DNA from: an uncultured Candidatus Saccharibacteria bacterium
Lineage (GTDB): Bacteria > Patescibacteriota > Doudnabacteria > UBA920 > 2-01-FULL-46-14
NCBI GenBank assembly: GCA_964360335.1
Contig: CAYHVH010000001.1
Coordinates: forward strand, 23,426 to 87,425
Direction of reading: 5' to 3'
Length of the DNA stretch: 64,000 nucleotides
Below are positions 37,782 to 46,212 of this stretch, one piece after another. A model generated the notes under the pieces. It had not been told where the DNA came from. It saw only the letters and a list, made by a program, of their open reading frames with translations, and ran no database searches. Position 1 is the first letter of the stretch, and each line of letters opens with the position of its first letter. The position numbers and the translations under genes are program-made.

Positions 37782-38768
37782 CTAGCGGGTTACGCTAAGC
37801 TTTGCGGTTTCGCTAAAACCAGCGCCTTTGGTCTCAAAACCAAAAATTTTTATCTCGTATTCGCCCGGCTCTTTGGGCGCCGAGAACCGAAACTGAAAAG
37901 GCGCGCTCCGGTCCAAGAGGTCTAAGTTTGGCATCACGAGCTTGACGCTCACAAGTTCAATGCCCGCTACCGGCCGGACCTCCAGAGTTACTTCCTCGGT
38001 GGGGTAAAACGGCTTTTTGCTTAGGTCGGTAACCAGCAAGACACCGCCGGCCGGCCGGCTGCTGAGCCCCTTGATAAGTGAATCTTGGCTGATGATGAGG
38101 TCGGCCGGCAGCCGGTTTTCCGAAGACACAACCTGGAGGCCTTGCTTCAGAGTTCCGAGGTTCGTTTCCAACAAAAAGGACAGCGAATAGTGCAAGGCCG
38201 GCTCGCCCAAAGGAGTATAGAGGTAGGGCTCATTGGTTTTGGGATCACGGGGGAGGGCAACCAGCAATTCCTGATCTACGAGTGTGGTCAGGCTTTGGGG
38301 GTAGAATTTATTAGTTTCATAGTAACTCTCCAGGGCAGTTTGGAGATTTTGGACAGCAACGATTCTTTGCCGGTCGCGGATCCCTTCCGGTTGTTCCTGG
38401 GCCGGAGTTTGATTTTGGGTTGCGTTCGCAGGCGGCTTTAGAGTTTGGGTGGCCGCCGGCGGCAAGTCATTCTTTTTTTGGAAGAATTTTTGGTAGGTAA
38501 GGAGCCCGCCATAACCAAGGATAGGAAGAGCGATTAAAATTACCAAAACCGTAATTAAGGGTTTGCCATATTTGCCCAAAAAGCCGCCGGCTTTTGGCAG
38601 ATTCCCCGTGAGTGCTTCCTCTGGGGCGAGCATCTCGACTTCGAAAATTGCTTGCTCAATTTCCGTTTCCTGCCAGCCAGCCGCCCGCAAGGCCTGCCGG
38701 ATTTGCTCTTCCGGAAAACCCGCGGCCAAGTTTTGTTTGATGTATTTAAGGAGTATTTGCTCGGGCAT
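37782..38768 (-). CDS. Hypothetical single-pass membrane protein with a cytoplasmic N-terminal domain and an extracellular C-terminal domain
   Basis: 328 aa, TM at roughly residues 70-92, Q/P-rich linker, no recognisable catalytic motif. Confidence 0.45.
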   Translation of the reverse strand: MPEQILLKYIKQNLAAGFPEEQIRQALRAAGWQETEIEQAIFEVEMLAPEEALTGNLPKAGGFLGKYGKPLITVLVILIALPILGYGGLLTYQKFFQKKNDLPPAATQTLKPPANATQNQTPAQEQPEGIRDRQRIVAVQNLQTALESYYETNKFYPQSLTTLVDQELLVALPRDPKTNEPYLYTPLGEPALHYSLSFLLETNLGTLKQGLQVVSSENRLPADLIISQDSLIKGLSSRPAGGVLLVTDLSKKPFYPTEEVTLEVRPVAGIELVSVKLVMPNLDLLDRSAPFQFRFSAPKEPGEYEIKIFGFETKGAGFSETAKLSVTR

Positions 38769-38786
38769 ATTGGGAAGCGCTTAGCT

Positions 38787-38862
38787 TGGTGGGCCAGGAT
38801 GGATTCGAACCATCGACCCCGGCTTTATAAGAGCCGTGCTCTAACCGCTGAGCTACTGGCCC
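38787..38862 (-). tRNA. tRNA-Ile with anticodon UAU (CCA encoded)
   Basis: GGGCCAGTAGCTCAGCGGTTAGAGCACGGCTCTTATAAAGCCGGGGTCGATGGTTCGAATCCATCCTGGCCCACCA. Clean cloverleaf. Anticodon loop is CTTATAA. Overall similarity to tRNA-Ile. Confidence 0.75.
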
Positions 38863-38883
38863 TGGCTTATTTTACCATAAACT

Positions 38884-41391
38884 TCAAACAATTGCGGCAG
38901 AGGCCACACTATCGCCTGGCTCCAGTTTGATGACCCTCACCCCTTGGGTTGCCCGGCCTAAGGTCGAGACTGGCCCTAGGGCGGTGCGCAAAGTCTGGCC
39001 GGTTTTGGAGATGACTACCAGATCGGCTTCTTTGGCGCGGCTGACAATATGCATTACCATGATTCGCCCGGTTTTTTTGGTAAGGTTCATGGTTTTGATC
39101 CCGGAACCGCCTCGGTGCTGGATTTTGTATTCCTGTAGCGGTGTTTTTTTACCTAAGCCCAGTTCCGAGATGACCAGCACCTGGAGATTTTTGGACTCCT
39201 GCCGCTTCTCAATCACATCCAGACTCATTACTTCATCGTTTTTCTTTAAGCGAATGCCCCGCACGCCGCTGGCCGCCCGGCCCATGGGTCGGACGTCAGT
39301 CTCTCTGAACCGGATGGCTTGCCCCCCGCCGGTAGTAATCATAATTTCGTCCGTTCCCGAGGTGAGCATGACCCATTTTAGTTCGTCGTCTTTCCGAAGT
39401 TTGATAGCAATTAGCCCAGAGCGACGGACCTTGACAAACTCTGCCACCGTGGTTTTCTTCACGGTGCCAAATCTGGTACCCATGAGGAGGTATTTGTATT
39501 TGGTTCGCTCGCCTTTACCGAAAGTCAGCACCGCGGTGGCGGCTTCCTGTGGACCTAACTCCAGAAAATTCACCAGGGCTTGCCCCTTGGCGATGCGCGA
39601 GGCCTCGGGGAGTTCGTAAACCTTGGTCTGAAACACCCGGCCCCGGTTGGTGAAAAACAGGATGTCGTCATGGGTCTCGGCAGAAAGCAATTTGTTAACC
39701 ACATCCTGTTCTTTGGTGGTAATGCCGATCACGCCTTTTCCGCCGCGCCCCTGCTTGCGGTAGGTGTCGGGCGGCAGACGTTTGACGTACCCGGACTTGG
39801 TCACGACGATAATCGCTTCCTCGTTGGCAATCAAATCTTCCACCTTGAATTCCCCGACCGCCTGTTTAATCATCTGGGTGCGGCGTAAATCTCCGTATTT
39901 TTCTTTGAGTTCCGCCAGTTCCCGTTTGATGACGGCGTCGATTTTTTTGGGCGAGCGCAAAAGTTCTTCTAGTTCTTTGACGAGCACGCGTTTTTCTTTG
40001 AGTTCCTCCTCGACTCTCCGGCGTTCCAGCCCGGCTAAAGCCTGAAGTTTCATTTCCAAAATGGCGGTGGCTTGTTTTTCCGACAGCTTGAACTTTTTTT
40101 GCAGCTCCCGGTGGGCCTGCTCTTTGGTATCGGCTTGTTTGATGGTTTTGATAACCGCATCGATGTGATCCAGGGCAATCTTTAGCCCTTCCAGGATGTG
40201 GGCCCGGTCCTCGGCTTTGGTGAGGTCAAATTGGGTGCGGCGGGTGACGACCTTGCGGCGGTGGGCGATATAAGCTTCCAGAATCATCTTCAGGTTTAAA
40301 ATCCGCGGCTCAATGCCGTCTACCAAGGCGAGCATGTTGAGGTGGAAGGTGTCCTGCAGCTGGGTATATTTGAAGAGCTGGTTTAAGACCTTATTCGACA
40401 GGGCGTCTTTTTTGAGTTCCACGACGATGCGTACCCCCTCTTTGTCGGATTCGTCCCGTAAGTTTTTAACCCCCTCAATTTTTTTATCCCGGATGAGTTC
40501 CGCAAACTTTTCCAAAAGTGAGGCCTTGTTGACTCGATAGGGGATTTCCGTGATTAAAATTTGATAAGCGCCGTCCCGACTCTCCACAATTTCGGTTTTG
40601 GCCCGCACCGTGACGCTGCCTTTGCCGGTGGCATAGGCGCTTTGGATGGCGTTCCAGTCGTAGATAATGCCGCCGGTCGGAAAGTCCGGGCCCAACACAA
40701 AATTCATCAGGTCCTCGCTGGTGAGCTTCGGGTCGTCAATCAGGGCGGCCGTGGCTTCCACAATTTCTTTGAGGTTGTGCGGCGGGATGTCGGTCGCCAT
40801 CCCCACCGCAATTCCCAAGGTGCCGTTCAGCAGGAGGTTGGGGAGTTTGGCTGGCAGTACTGTCGGTTCCTTTTTGGTGGCATCGTAGTTGTCCATCCAG
40901 TCAACCGTGTTTTTTTCAAGGTCGGCGAGGAGTTCCAAAGACAGAGGAGCCAGCCGGCATTCCGAATAGCGCATGGCCGCCGGTGCATCCCCGTCCAGAG
41001 AACCAAAGTTACCCTGCCCGTCCACTAGGGGATAGCGCATTGCAAAGTCCTGGGCCAGTCTGACGAGCGAATCGTAGACTGCCACGTCTCCGTGCGGGTG
41101 ATATTTTCCCAAAACTTCCCCGACCACGGTGGCTGATTTGCGGTAGCGACCGCCGGCGTTTAGGCCGAGTTCGCTCATGGCAAAGAGCACGCGCCGGTGC
41201 ACGGGTTTCAAGCCGTCGCGCACATCGGGTAGCGCGCGCGACACAATTACGCTCATCGCGTAGTCCAGGTAGGACTCCCTCATTTCTTCTTCAATTACCC
41301 GCGGTTTGACATAGCCAATTTCCCGACCCGTGGGGGGATTGTCGGCAGGCGGGGATTGACCGGTGGATTTTTTTAGCTTCGGTTTTTTCAT
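38884..41391 (-). CDS. gyrA: DNA gyrase subunit A
   Basis: 835 aa. Active-site region ([10 protein letters not shown]), QRDR-like segment, and C-terminal beta-pinwheel repeats. Confidence 0.95.
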   Translation of the reverse strand: MKKPKLKKSTGQSPPADNPPTGREIGYVKPRVIEEEMRESYLDYAMSVIVSRALPDVRDGLKPVHRRVLFAMSELGLNAGGRYRKSATVVGEVLGKYHPHGDVAVYDSLVRLAQDFAMRYPLVDGQGNFGSLDGDAPAAMRYSECRLAPLSLELLADLEKNTVDWMDNYDATKKEPTVLPAKLPNLLLNGTLGIAVGMATDIPPHNLKEIVEATAALIDDPKLTSEDLMNFVLGPDFPTGGIIYDWNAIQSAYATGKGSVTVRAKTEIVESRDGAYQILITEIPYRVNKASLLEKFAELIRDKKIEGVKNLRDESDKEGVRIVVELKKDALSNKVLNQLFKYTQLQDTFHLNMLALVDGIEPRILNLKMILEAYIAHRRKVVTRRTQFDLTKAEDRAHILEGLKIALDHIDAVIKTIKQADTKEQAHRELQKKFKLSEKQATAILEMKLQALAGLERRRVEEELKEKRVLVKELEELLRSPKKIDAVIKRELAELKEKYGDLRRTQMIKQAVGEFKVEDLIANEEAIIVVTKSGYVKRLPPDTYRKQGRGGKGVIGITTKEQDVVNKLLSAETHDDILFFTNRGRVFQTKVYELPEASRIAKGQALVNFLELGPQEAATAVLTFGKGERTKYKYLLMGTRFGTVKKTTVAEFVKVRRSGLIAIKLRKDDELKWVMLTSGTDEIMITTGGGQAIRFRETDVRPMGRAASGVRGIRLKKNDEVMSLDVIEKRQESKNLQVLVISELGLGKKTPLQEYKIQHRGGSGIKTMNLTKKTGRIMVMHIVSRAKEADLVVISKTGQTLRTALGPVSTLGRATQGVRVIKLEPGDSVASAAIV

Positions 41392-41398
41392 AAACTAC

Positions 41399-41629
41399 CT
41401 AAGGCTGGGTCTGCTGCGGAATGATATTTTTCAGATTTTTTAAATTTTCCCAGACCGGCGCCAGTTTGTTTGGCTCACTGGCGGCTGGGGGTTTGCGAAA
41501 CTGGAGAGTCAAAATCCAAAACCCGAGGAGGAGAATTGCGGCGGTAATGGCCACTCGGCGCAAAAGTTTAAGCTTTTCCTCATAGGGTCGGTTTTGCAGC
41601 GCGATCAGTTTTTTACGCAGCCAGTTCAT
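41399..41629 (-). CDS. Small single-TM protein
   Basis: 76 aa with a central hydrophobic helix. Confidence 0.35.
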   Translation of the reverse strand: MNWLRKKLIALQNRPYEEKLKLLRRVAITAAILLLGFWILTLQFRKPPAASEPNKLAPVWENLKNLKNIIPQQTQP

Positions 41630-41635
41630 CTCAAA

Positions 41636-42313
41636 TCAGCGTTGCGGCGAAAGGACGACCACCTGGGTGGTTTCGCCAAGCTCCTGGAGGTTTGATTTTT
41701 TCAAAGTCAATTTTTCCTGCGCCGTTTCTTTGGCGGAGCCGATTTCTTTTAAGAAGTGTTCGACCTTGTCCTGGGGCAGGAGCAGGCCTTTTTGCGCGTA
41801 ATGCAAGGGGATGACGAGGTGAGGTTCGATCTGGTTAACGATCGTGACTGCTTCTTCGGCATCACAAACGGTTTTGCCCCCCACGGGGATGAGCAGGATG
41901 TCTATCTCGCCGAGTTCTTCAAGTTGCGAATCAGTCAGCTCCTTTTGTTTAAGGCTTCCCAAGAATCCCAGACGGATATCTTCCATCCGTACCGCGTAAA
42001 TCGTGGTAAAATCAAAGCCATTATCGTTATGTTTGGGATCGCCGGTCGCCGCCACGCCGTGGATAAACAAGCCCCTGACGTCCAATTCTCCCGGCCCGTC
42101 CGCAACAAAAATTTTATCTCCGCCGAGAGACGTCAGGTTGTTGTAGGCCGGGTTTTTAATATTGGAAACCACTGCGATATCGGTCTGCATCCGGGGGGGA
42201 GTGAGGCCTACGCTTTTGGAAAAAGGATCGGTGACGACGGTCAGATTGCCGGACGAGATTTTGCAGCAGGAAAGGCCAAACCAAGTGATTACCATAGGAT
42301 AATTATATCGCAA
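41636..42313 (-). CDS. MBL-fold metallo-hydrolase
   Basis: 225 aa. Histidine/aspartate motif region typical of metallo-beta-lactamase-fold proteins. Confidence 0.7.
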   Translation of the reverse strand: MRYNYPMVITWFGLSCCKISSGNLTVVTDPFSKSVGLTPPRMQTDIAVVSNIKNPAYNNLTSLGGDKIFVADGPGELDVRGLFIHGVAATGDPKHNDNGFDFTTIYAVRMEDIRLGFLGSLKQKELTDSQLEELGEIDILLIPVGGKTVCDAEEAVTIVNQIEPHLVIPLHYAQKGLLLPQDKVEHFLKEIGSAKETAQEKLTLKKSNLQELGETTQVVVLSPQR

Positions 42314-42462
42314 GACTTGATTTTTTTCCAGGTGTTTGCTAGGCTAAGCTGGCCAGAAAAATCAAAGATTCCGGACGAGCTTTTAAGCCACAATTTGAAG
42401 TTTTAACCCTTAACCCTTGTTTTAGGCAGTTTGCGGATACCATCAGGGTATCCGTTTAAAAT

Positions 42463-43632
42463 ATGAGCGAGACTTTGCAATCCATGAACGATTTGCTGGC
42501 CGCCACCGCGGCTGGTAAGCTCCGGATTTTACAGGAAGGCGACGTGATCAAAGGCCGCATTTTGAGCGTGGGTAAAAACGAGGTTTATGTGGATGTCGAA
42601 GGAGTCGGCATCGGCGTGGTGCGGGGCCGGGAGCTGTATGACGATGAACAAATTCTCTCCTCGCTGCAAGCCGGTAGTGAGGTTTACGCTTCGGTCATTG
42701 ATATTGAAAACAAAGAAGGCAATATCGAACTGTCATTCCGCAAAGCCGGCCAGGAACGGGTCTGGCAGGCGCTTCGGGAGAAGCTTTTGAATAAAGAAGT
42801 GGTCACGACCAAGATTTTAGAGGCGAATAAGGGCGGCCTGATGGTAAAAATCAACAACGTCCTCGGTTTTTTGCCGGTTTCCCAGCTAGCACCTTCGCAC
42901 TATCCCCGGGTGGAGGATGGGGACAAAAATAAAATTTTAAGCGTTTTGCGCAGCTTCGTCGGGCAAGATTTTCCGGTCCGGATTATTACGGCCGAGCCGC
43001 AGGGGGAAAAGTTGATTGTCTCGGAACGGGCGGTTATTGAGGAAGAGTTGCTGAAAAAGATCGGCAAGCTCACCGTCGGTTCAGTGGTGGAGGGAGCGGT
43101 CACGGGAGTCGTCGATTTCGGCGCGTTTGTGAAGTTTGATGACGAGCTGGAAGGCCTGGCTCATATTTCCGAGCTTGCGTGGCAGCGGATTGAGGATCCC
43201 AAAGACATCGTTAAAGTCGGGGATAAAGTCAAAGCGCAAATCATCGCCATTGAAAATGACCGGATCAGTCTCTCCCTGAAGCGGCTCCTCAAGGATCCGT
43301 GGGAAGATGCCGTAAAAAAGTACCAGATTGGGCAGGTCATTAAAGGCAAGGTTTTGAAACTTGCCCCCTTTGGCGCTTTTGTGGAGCTCGATCCGGACAT
43401 TCACGGGCTCGCCCACTTGGGGGAGCTCTCCGAGGAAAAAATTGCTGACCCGAGCGCCGTCTTGAAGGAAGGAGAAGAGCGAGAGTTCAAAATCATCTCC
43501 ATCGAGCCGCAGGAGCACCGCTTAGGCCTCTCGCTCAAGGCTTTAAAAAGCGGGGGCAAAACCCCGGAGTCGCCGGAGCCGGCAGCAGCCGAGGCCAGTC
43601 CCGCGCCGTCGTCAGCCGAAACACCGGTTTAG
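42463..43632 (+). CDS. rpsA: 30S ribosomal protein S1 (four S1 domains)
   Basis: Repeated S1 OB-fold domains (GxV.G.V..I...G.FV). Confidence 0.85.
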   Translation: MSETLQSMNDLLAATAAGKLRILQEGDVIKGRILSVGKNEVYVDVEGVGIGVVRGRELYDDEQILSSLQAGSEVYASVIDIENKEGNIELSFRKAGQERVWQALREKLLNKEVVTTKILEANKGGLMVKINNVLGFLPVSQLAPSHYPRVEDGDKNKILSVLRSFVGQDFPVRIITAEPQGEKLIVSERAVIEEELLKKIGKLTVGSVVEGAVTGVVDFGAFVKFDDELEGLAHISELAWQRIEDPKDIVKVGDKVKAQIIAIENDRISLSLKRLLKDPWEDAVKKYQIGQVIKGKVLKLAPFGAFVELDPDIHGLAHLGELSEEKIADPSAVLKEGEEREFKIISIEPQEHRLGLSLKALKSGGKTPESPEPAAAEASPAPSSAETPV

Positions 43633-43840
43633 GGTTTTAGTAACGAAATTTCGCGCGAGCTAATAAAGCTCCCCAGCCTGAAGGCTGGTATATTCCTTGA
43701 GCCTCTGGCTCTGCGGAATACGTCGCCGCATCGGCATTCGCCGATTCATTGCGGCTCCCGGAGCTGTGTTATCCCCTCCGCTTCGCTCCGGGCTTGGCTT
43801 CATCTCCGCGCTTGAAAGCGCGGAGTATTCGCCTAAGGGA

Positions 43841-43893
43841 TAATAAAAAAGCCCGAGAAGGGGTTTTCCGTTGCCGCCCTGCCTTCTCCGGGA
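43841..43893 (-). terminator. Intrinsic terminator of the minus-strand CBS gene
   Basis: On the minus strand: CCCGGAGAAGGCAGGGCGGCAACGGAAAACCCCTTCTCGGGC followed by TTTTTTATTAT. Confidence 0.5.
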
Positions 43894-43894
43894 T

Positions 43895-44572
43895 TTAGAG
43901 GATACGAATGCGAATGATTACCGCTAACGATATTATTATTCCAATGACCAGAAAAGCAATCAGAGCGAAGTACCAAAATCGCGCCCGAGCTTGGCTGACC
44001 ACCACGTATTTCTTTTCCACCTCCTCGATGAGTTTGGGAATTTCGGTTTCCTCAGTCAGAGACGGACGAGGTTTGATCGGCTCCAGTGGATTGGTAAGAG
44101 ATTTGAGGATGTCGTATTTGGAAACCACCCCGACTAAGGTTTTAAAGTCATCAACTACCGGCAGCAGATCTTCATGGCGAAGTAAAAAGGCCTCTGCCGC
44201 TTTTTCCAAGCTGGTATTGGATACCAGGTACAGCGGCTCGCGGTTCATCACGTCGGAGGCTTTGAGTTTGTACAGGGCTTTGAGTTTTTTGTCTACCGTC
44301 GTGAGGTCTTCTCCGTGGATCATGTGGAGATTAGCCAGCAGATTGATCGCGGTCGGCAAATAGATGCCTTTGGAATCCAGGAGTTCTTTCATGGTAATCA
44401 TTCCCCGTAATTTGCCATCTTTGTCCACTACCGGCACGCCGTTAAAATTTTTCTCGAGCATAGCCTTGGCCACGTCCAAAACATTGTCCTCGGCCTGGGC
44501 CGCCAGGATTTTCGTGGTCATAATCTCTTTGACTTGGATTTCCGAGAGACCTTTGGGCATTGCTAAGCACAT
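43895..44572 (-). CDS. CBS-pair domain protein with a C-terminal TM anchor
   Basis: Two CBS motifs and a C-terminal hydrophobic helix. Confidence 0.7.
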   Translation of the reverse strand: MCLAMPKGLSEIQVKEIMTTKILAAQAEDNVLDVAKAMLEKNFNGVPVVDKDGKLRGMITMKELLDSKGIYLPTAINLLANLHMIHGEDLTTVDKKLKALYKLKASDVMNREPLYLVSNTSLEKAAEAFLLRHEDLLPVVDDFKTLVGVVSKYDILKSLTNPLEPIKPRPSLTEETEIPKLIEEVEKKYVVVSQARARFWYFALIAFLVIGIIISLAVIIRIRIL

Positions 44573-44737
44573 TATATAGTGTTGCCCTCACCACCCGCAA
44601 ACTTTATAATTATCCTGCTGGCCTGGTAGCTCGTACCTTCGGTAGATGCCCCGCAGGGGCACAAGTGGCCCCGAAGAACAGCATAGCTCTGTCTACGGGG
44701 TAAATAAGGGAGCGGTCTGCTGCCCGCCACAGCCTGA

Positions 44738-44808
44738 GGCGTGATGGCCGAGTAGTTAGGCAGAGGTCTGCAAAACCTCTCACACGGGTGCAAATCCCGT
44801 TCACGCCT
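44738..44808 (+). tRNA. tRNA-Cys (GCA)
   Basis: GGCGTGA/TCACGCC acceptor, anticodon loop CTGCAAA, discriminator U. The D-arm and T-loop (TGCAAAT) are somewhat atypical. Confidence 0.6.
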
Positions 44809-44878
44809 GAGGCGATGGCAGGCGGGCAAAACCGCTTGACAACAGGTGCGATTCCCGTCCGGCCTTTTAGTGGAACGA

Positions 44879-44966
44879 GCCGAGGTGGTGAAACCGGCAG
44901 ACACTAGGGACTTAAAATCCCTTGGGGGAATACCCCGTGCGGGTTCGAATCCCGCCCTCGGCACCA
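44879..44966 (+). tRNA. tRNA-Leu (UAA), type II with a long variable arm; CCA encoded
   Basis: GCCGAGG...CCTCGGC acceptor, anticodon loop CTTAAAA, variable hairpin GGGGGAATACCCC, T-arm GCGGGTTCGAATCCCGC. Confidence 0.85.
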
Positions 44967-45053
44967 GATGAGAGTTCCCCAGAACCGGGTTTTTTTAGGA
45001 AATCCGTGACCCGAAAGGGATTGAGGATTTAGCCTCTGACGTATTATTTTTTT

Positions 45054-45383
45054 ATGTCAATTGCAATTACTTTTGAAGAATTTAAAAAATTAGACCTGCG
45101 TATCGCGCTTGTGGTTGAAGCGACTCCGGTGGAGGGCTCGGAAAAACTCGTAAAACTCAAAATCGACACCGGCGACGGCGAGCGGCTACTTGTGGCGGGC
45201 ATTGCGCAATATTATGCTCCCGAAGAATTGGTCGGCCGTCGCATTGTGCTGGTGGCAAACTTGGAACCGAAAATTTTCATGGGCGTTGAAAGCCAGGGGA
45301 TGTTGCTCGCGGCCGAAGGCCCCGAGGGGCCGGTGCTTTTAATGCCGGATCGCGAAGTTCCGCCCGGTTCCCGAATCCGCTAG
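45054..45383 (+). CDS. tRNA-binding domain protein (CsaA/Trbp111-like, Myf domain)
   Basis: LDLRIALVVEATPVEGSEKLVKLKIDTGDGERLLVAGIAQYY. Confidence 0.75.
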   Translation: MSIAITFEEFKKLDLRIALVVEATPVEGSEKLVKLKIDTGDGERLLVAGIAQYYAPEELVGRRIVLVANLEPKIFMGVESQGMLLAAEGPEGPVLLMPDREVPPGSRIR

Positions 45384-45393
45384 GCGCCACACT

Positions 45394-45422
45394 TGACGAA
45401 AAGTCCAAAATCAGGTAAGATA
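45394..45422 (+). promoter_or_regulatory. Sigma-70-like promoter TTGACG-N17-TAAGAT driving a ~170-nt structured leader that ends in a GCAGGTTTCGCCACCTG plus T6 terminator/attenuator
   Basis: Read directly. The leader contains a TCCCGACTTGTCGGGA hairpin and a CGCGTC...GACGCG helix. Confidence 0.5.
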
Positions 45423-45590
45423 GAGTGCTAACTAAATAATGTGAGCTGTGAAGCGCGTCGAATTGGTCACCTTCCCGACTTGTCGGGATAAGACGCGTGG
45501 AGCTTTAGGGTGAAACCGGCACTCGTATTTTGCAGAGCAGGTTTCGCCACCTGTTTTTTAGTTAGCGCAACAACCAAACAGGAGGCGAAG

Positions 45591-46145
45591 ATGTGGTGGA
45601 AAAAACCGCGGTGGTTTTTCACAGGGTTATACTTGGTATTCGTTGAGGTCTTTATTCACGGCCGGGATGTCCGCGAGGGGTATTCTAAAGATATTCTGTC
45701 CGGACTTTATAATCAGCGGGCTATTCTAGAACTTGCAGTTCGAGCATTAGCGGATGCTAGGCGCGTCGGCAAATGGCTTGCGGTCGTGCACATTGATCTT
45801 GATCACTTCAAAGCCTACAATGACCAGTTTGGTCATTTACGGGGCAACGAAGTGATTCGGCAGTTTGGTCGAATCTTGACTTCTGGCTTGCGGCCGACGG
45901 ATTGGGCTGGCAGATTTGGCGGAGACGAATTTCTGCTGATTCTCCCCGGCGCCGATCCTTATGAGGCCAGCTGTGTAGTACAGAGGCTTAAGCAACTTGG
46001 TCCTCAAATTCCCTTCAGCTTTGGGGTACACAGTGAGCTTGTGATGCGAGGAAGCCAAGTCACGCTCGAGCATTTTATCGAGCGGGCAGACCAAGAAATG
46101 TACGCTCATAAACGGTCCAAGCAACAATTCGCAGTCCAAGTGTAA
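45591..46145 (+). CDS. GGDEF-domain diguanylate cyclase (single N-terminal TM helix)
   Basis: RFGGDEFLLIL active-site motif. AGGAGG SD precedes the ATG at about 45591. Confidence 0.8.
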   Translation: MWWKKPRWFFTGLYLVFVEVFIHGRDVREGYSKDILSGLYNQRAILELAVRALADARRVGKWLAVVHIDLDHFKAYNDQFGHLRGNEVIRQFGRILTSGLRPTDWAGRFGGDEFLLILPGADPYEASCVVQRLKQLGPQIPFSFGVHSELVMRGSQVTLEHFIERADQEMYAHKRSKQQFAVQV

Positions 46146-46212
46146 GTGGTCTTCCGGCCGGAAAGGTGCAAACCTTTCCGGCCGCGTTTTTTTTCGATAT
46201 AATTGCAATACT

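Noticed and set aside
44809-44878. Third tRNA between tRNA-Cys and tRNA-Leu
   Set aside because: The sequence has tRNA-like fragments (a ...GGTGCGATTCCCGTCC T-arm-like segment), but I could not fold a complete cloverleaf or acceptor stem. It is possibly a degenerate tRNA remnant.
44572-44964. 130-aa minus-strand ORF
   Set aside because: It spans tRNA-Cys and tRNA-Leu on the opposite strand, so it is an artefact of GC-rich tRNA DNA.
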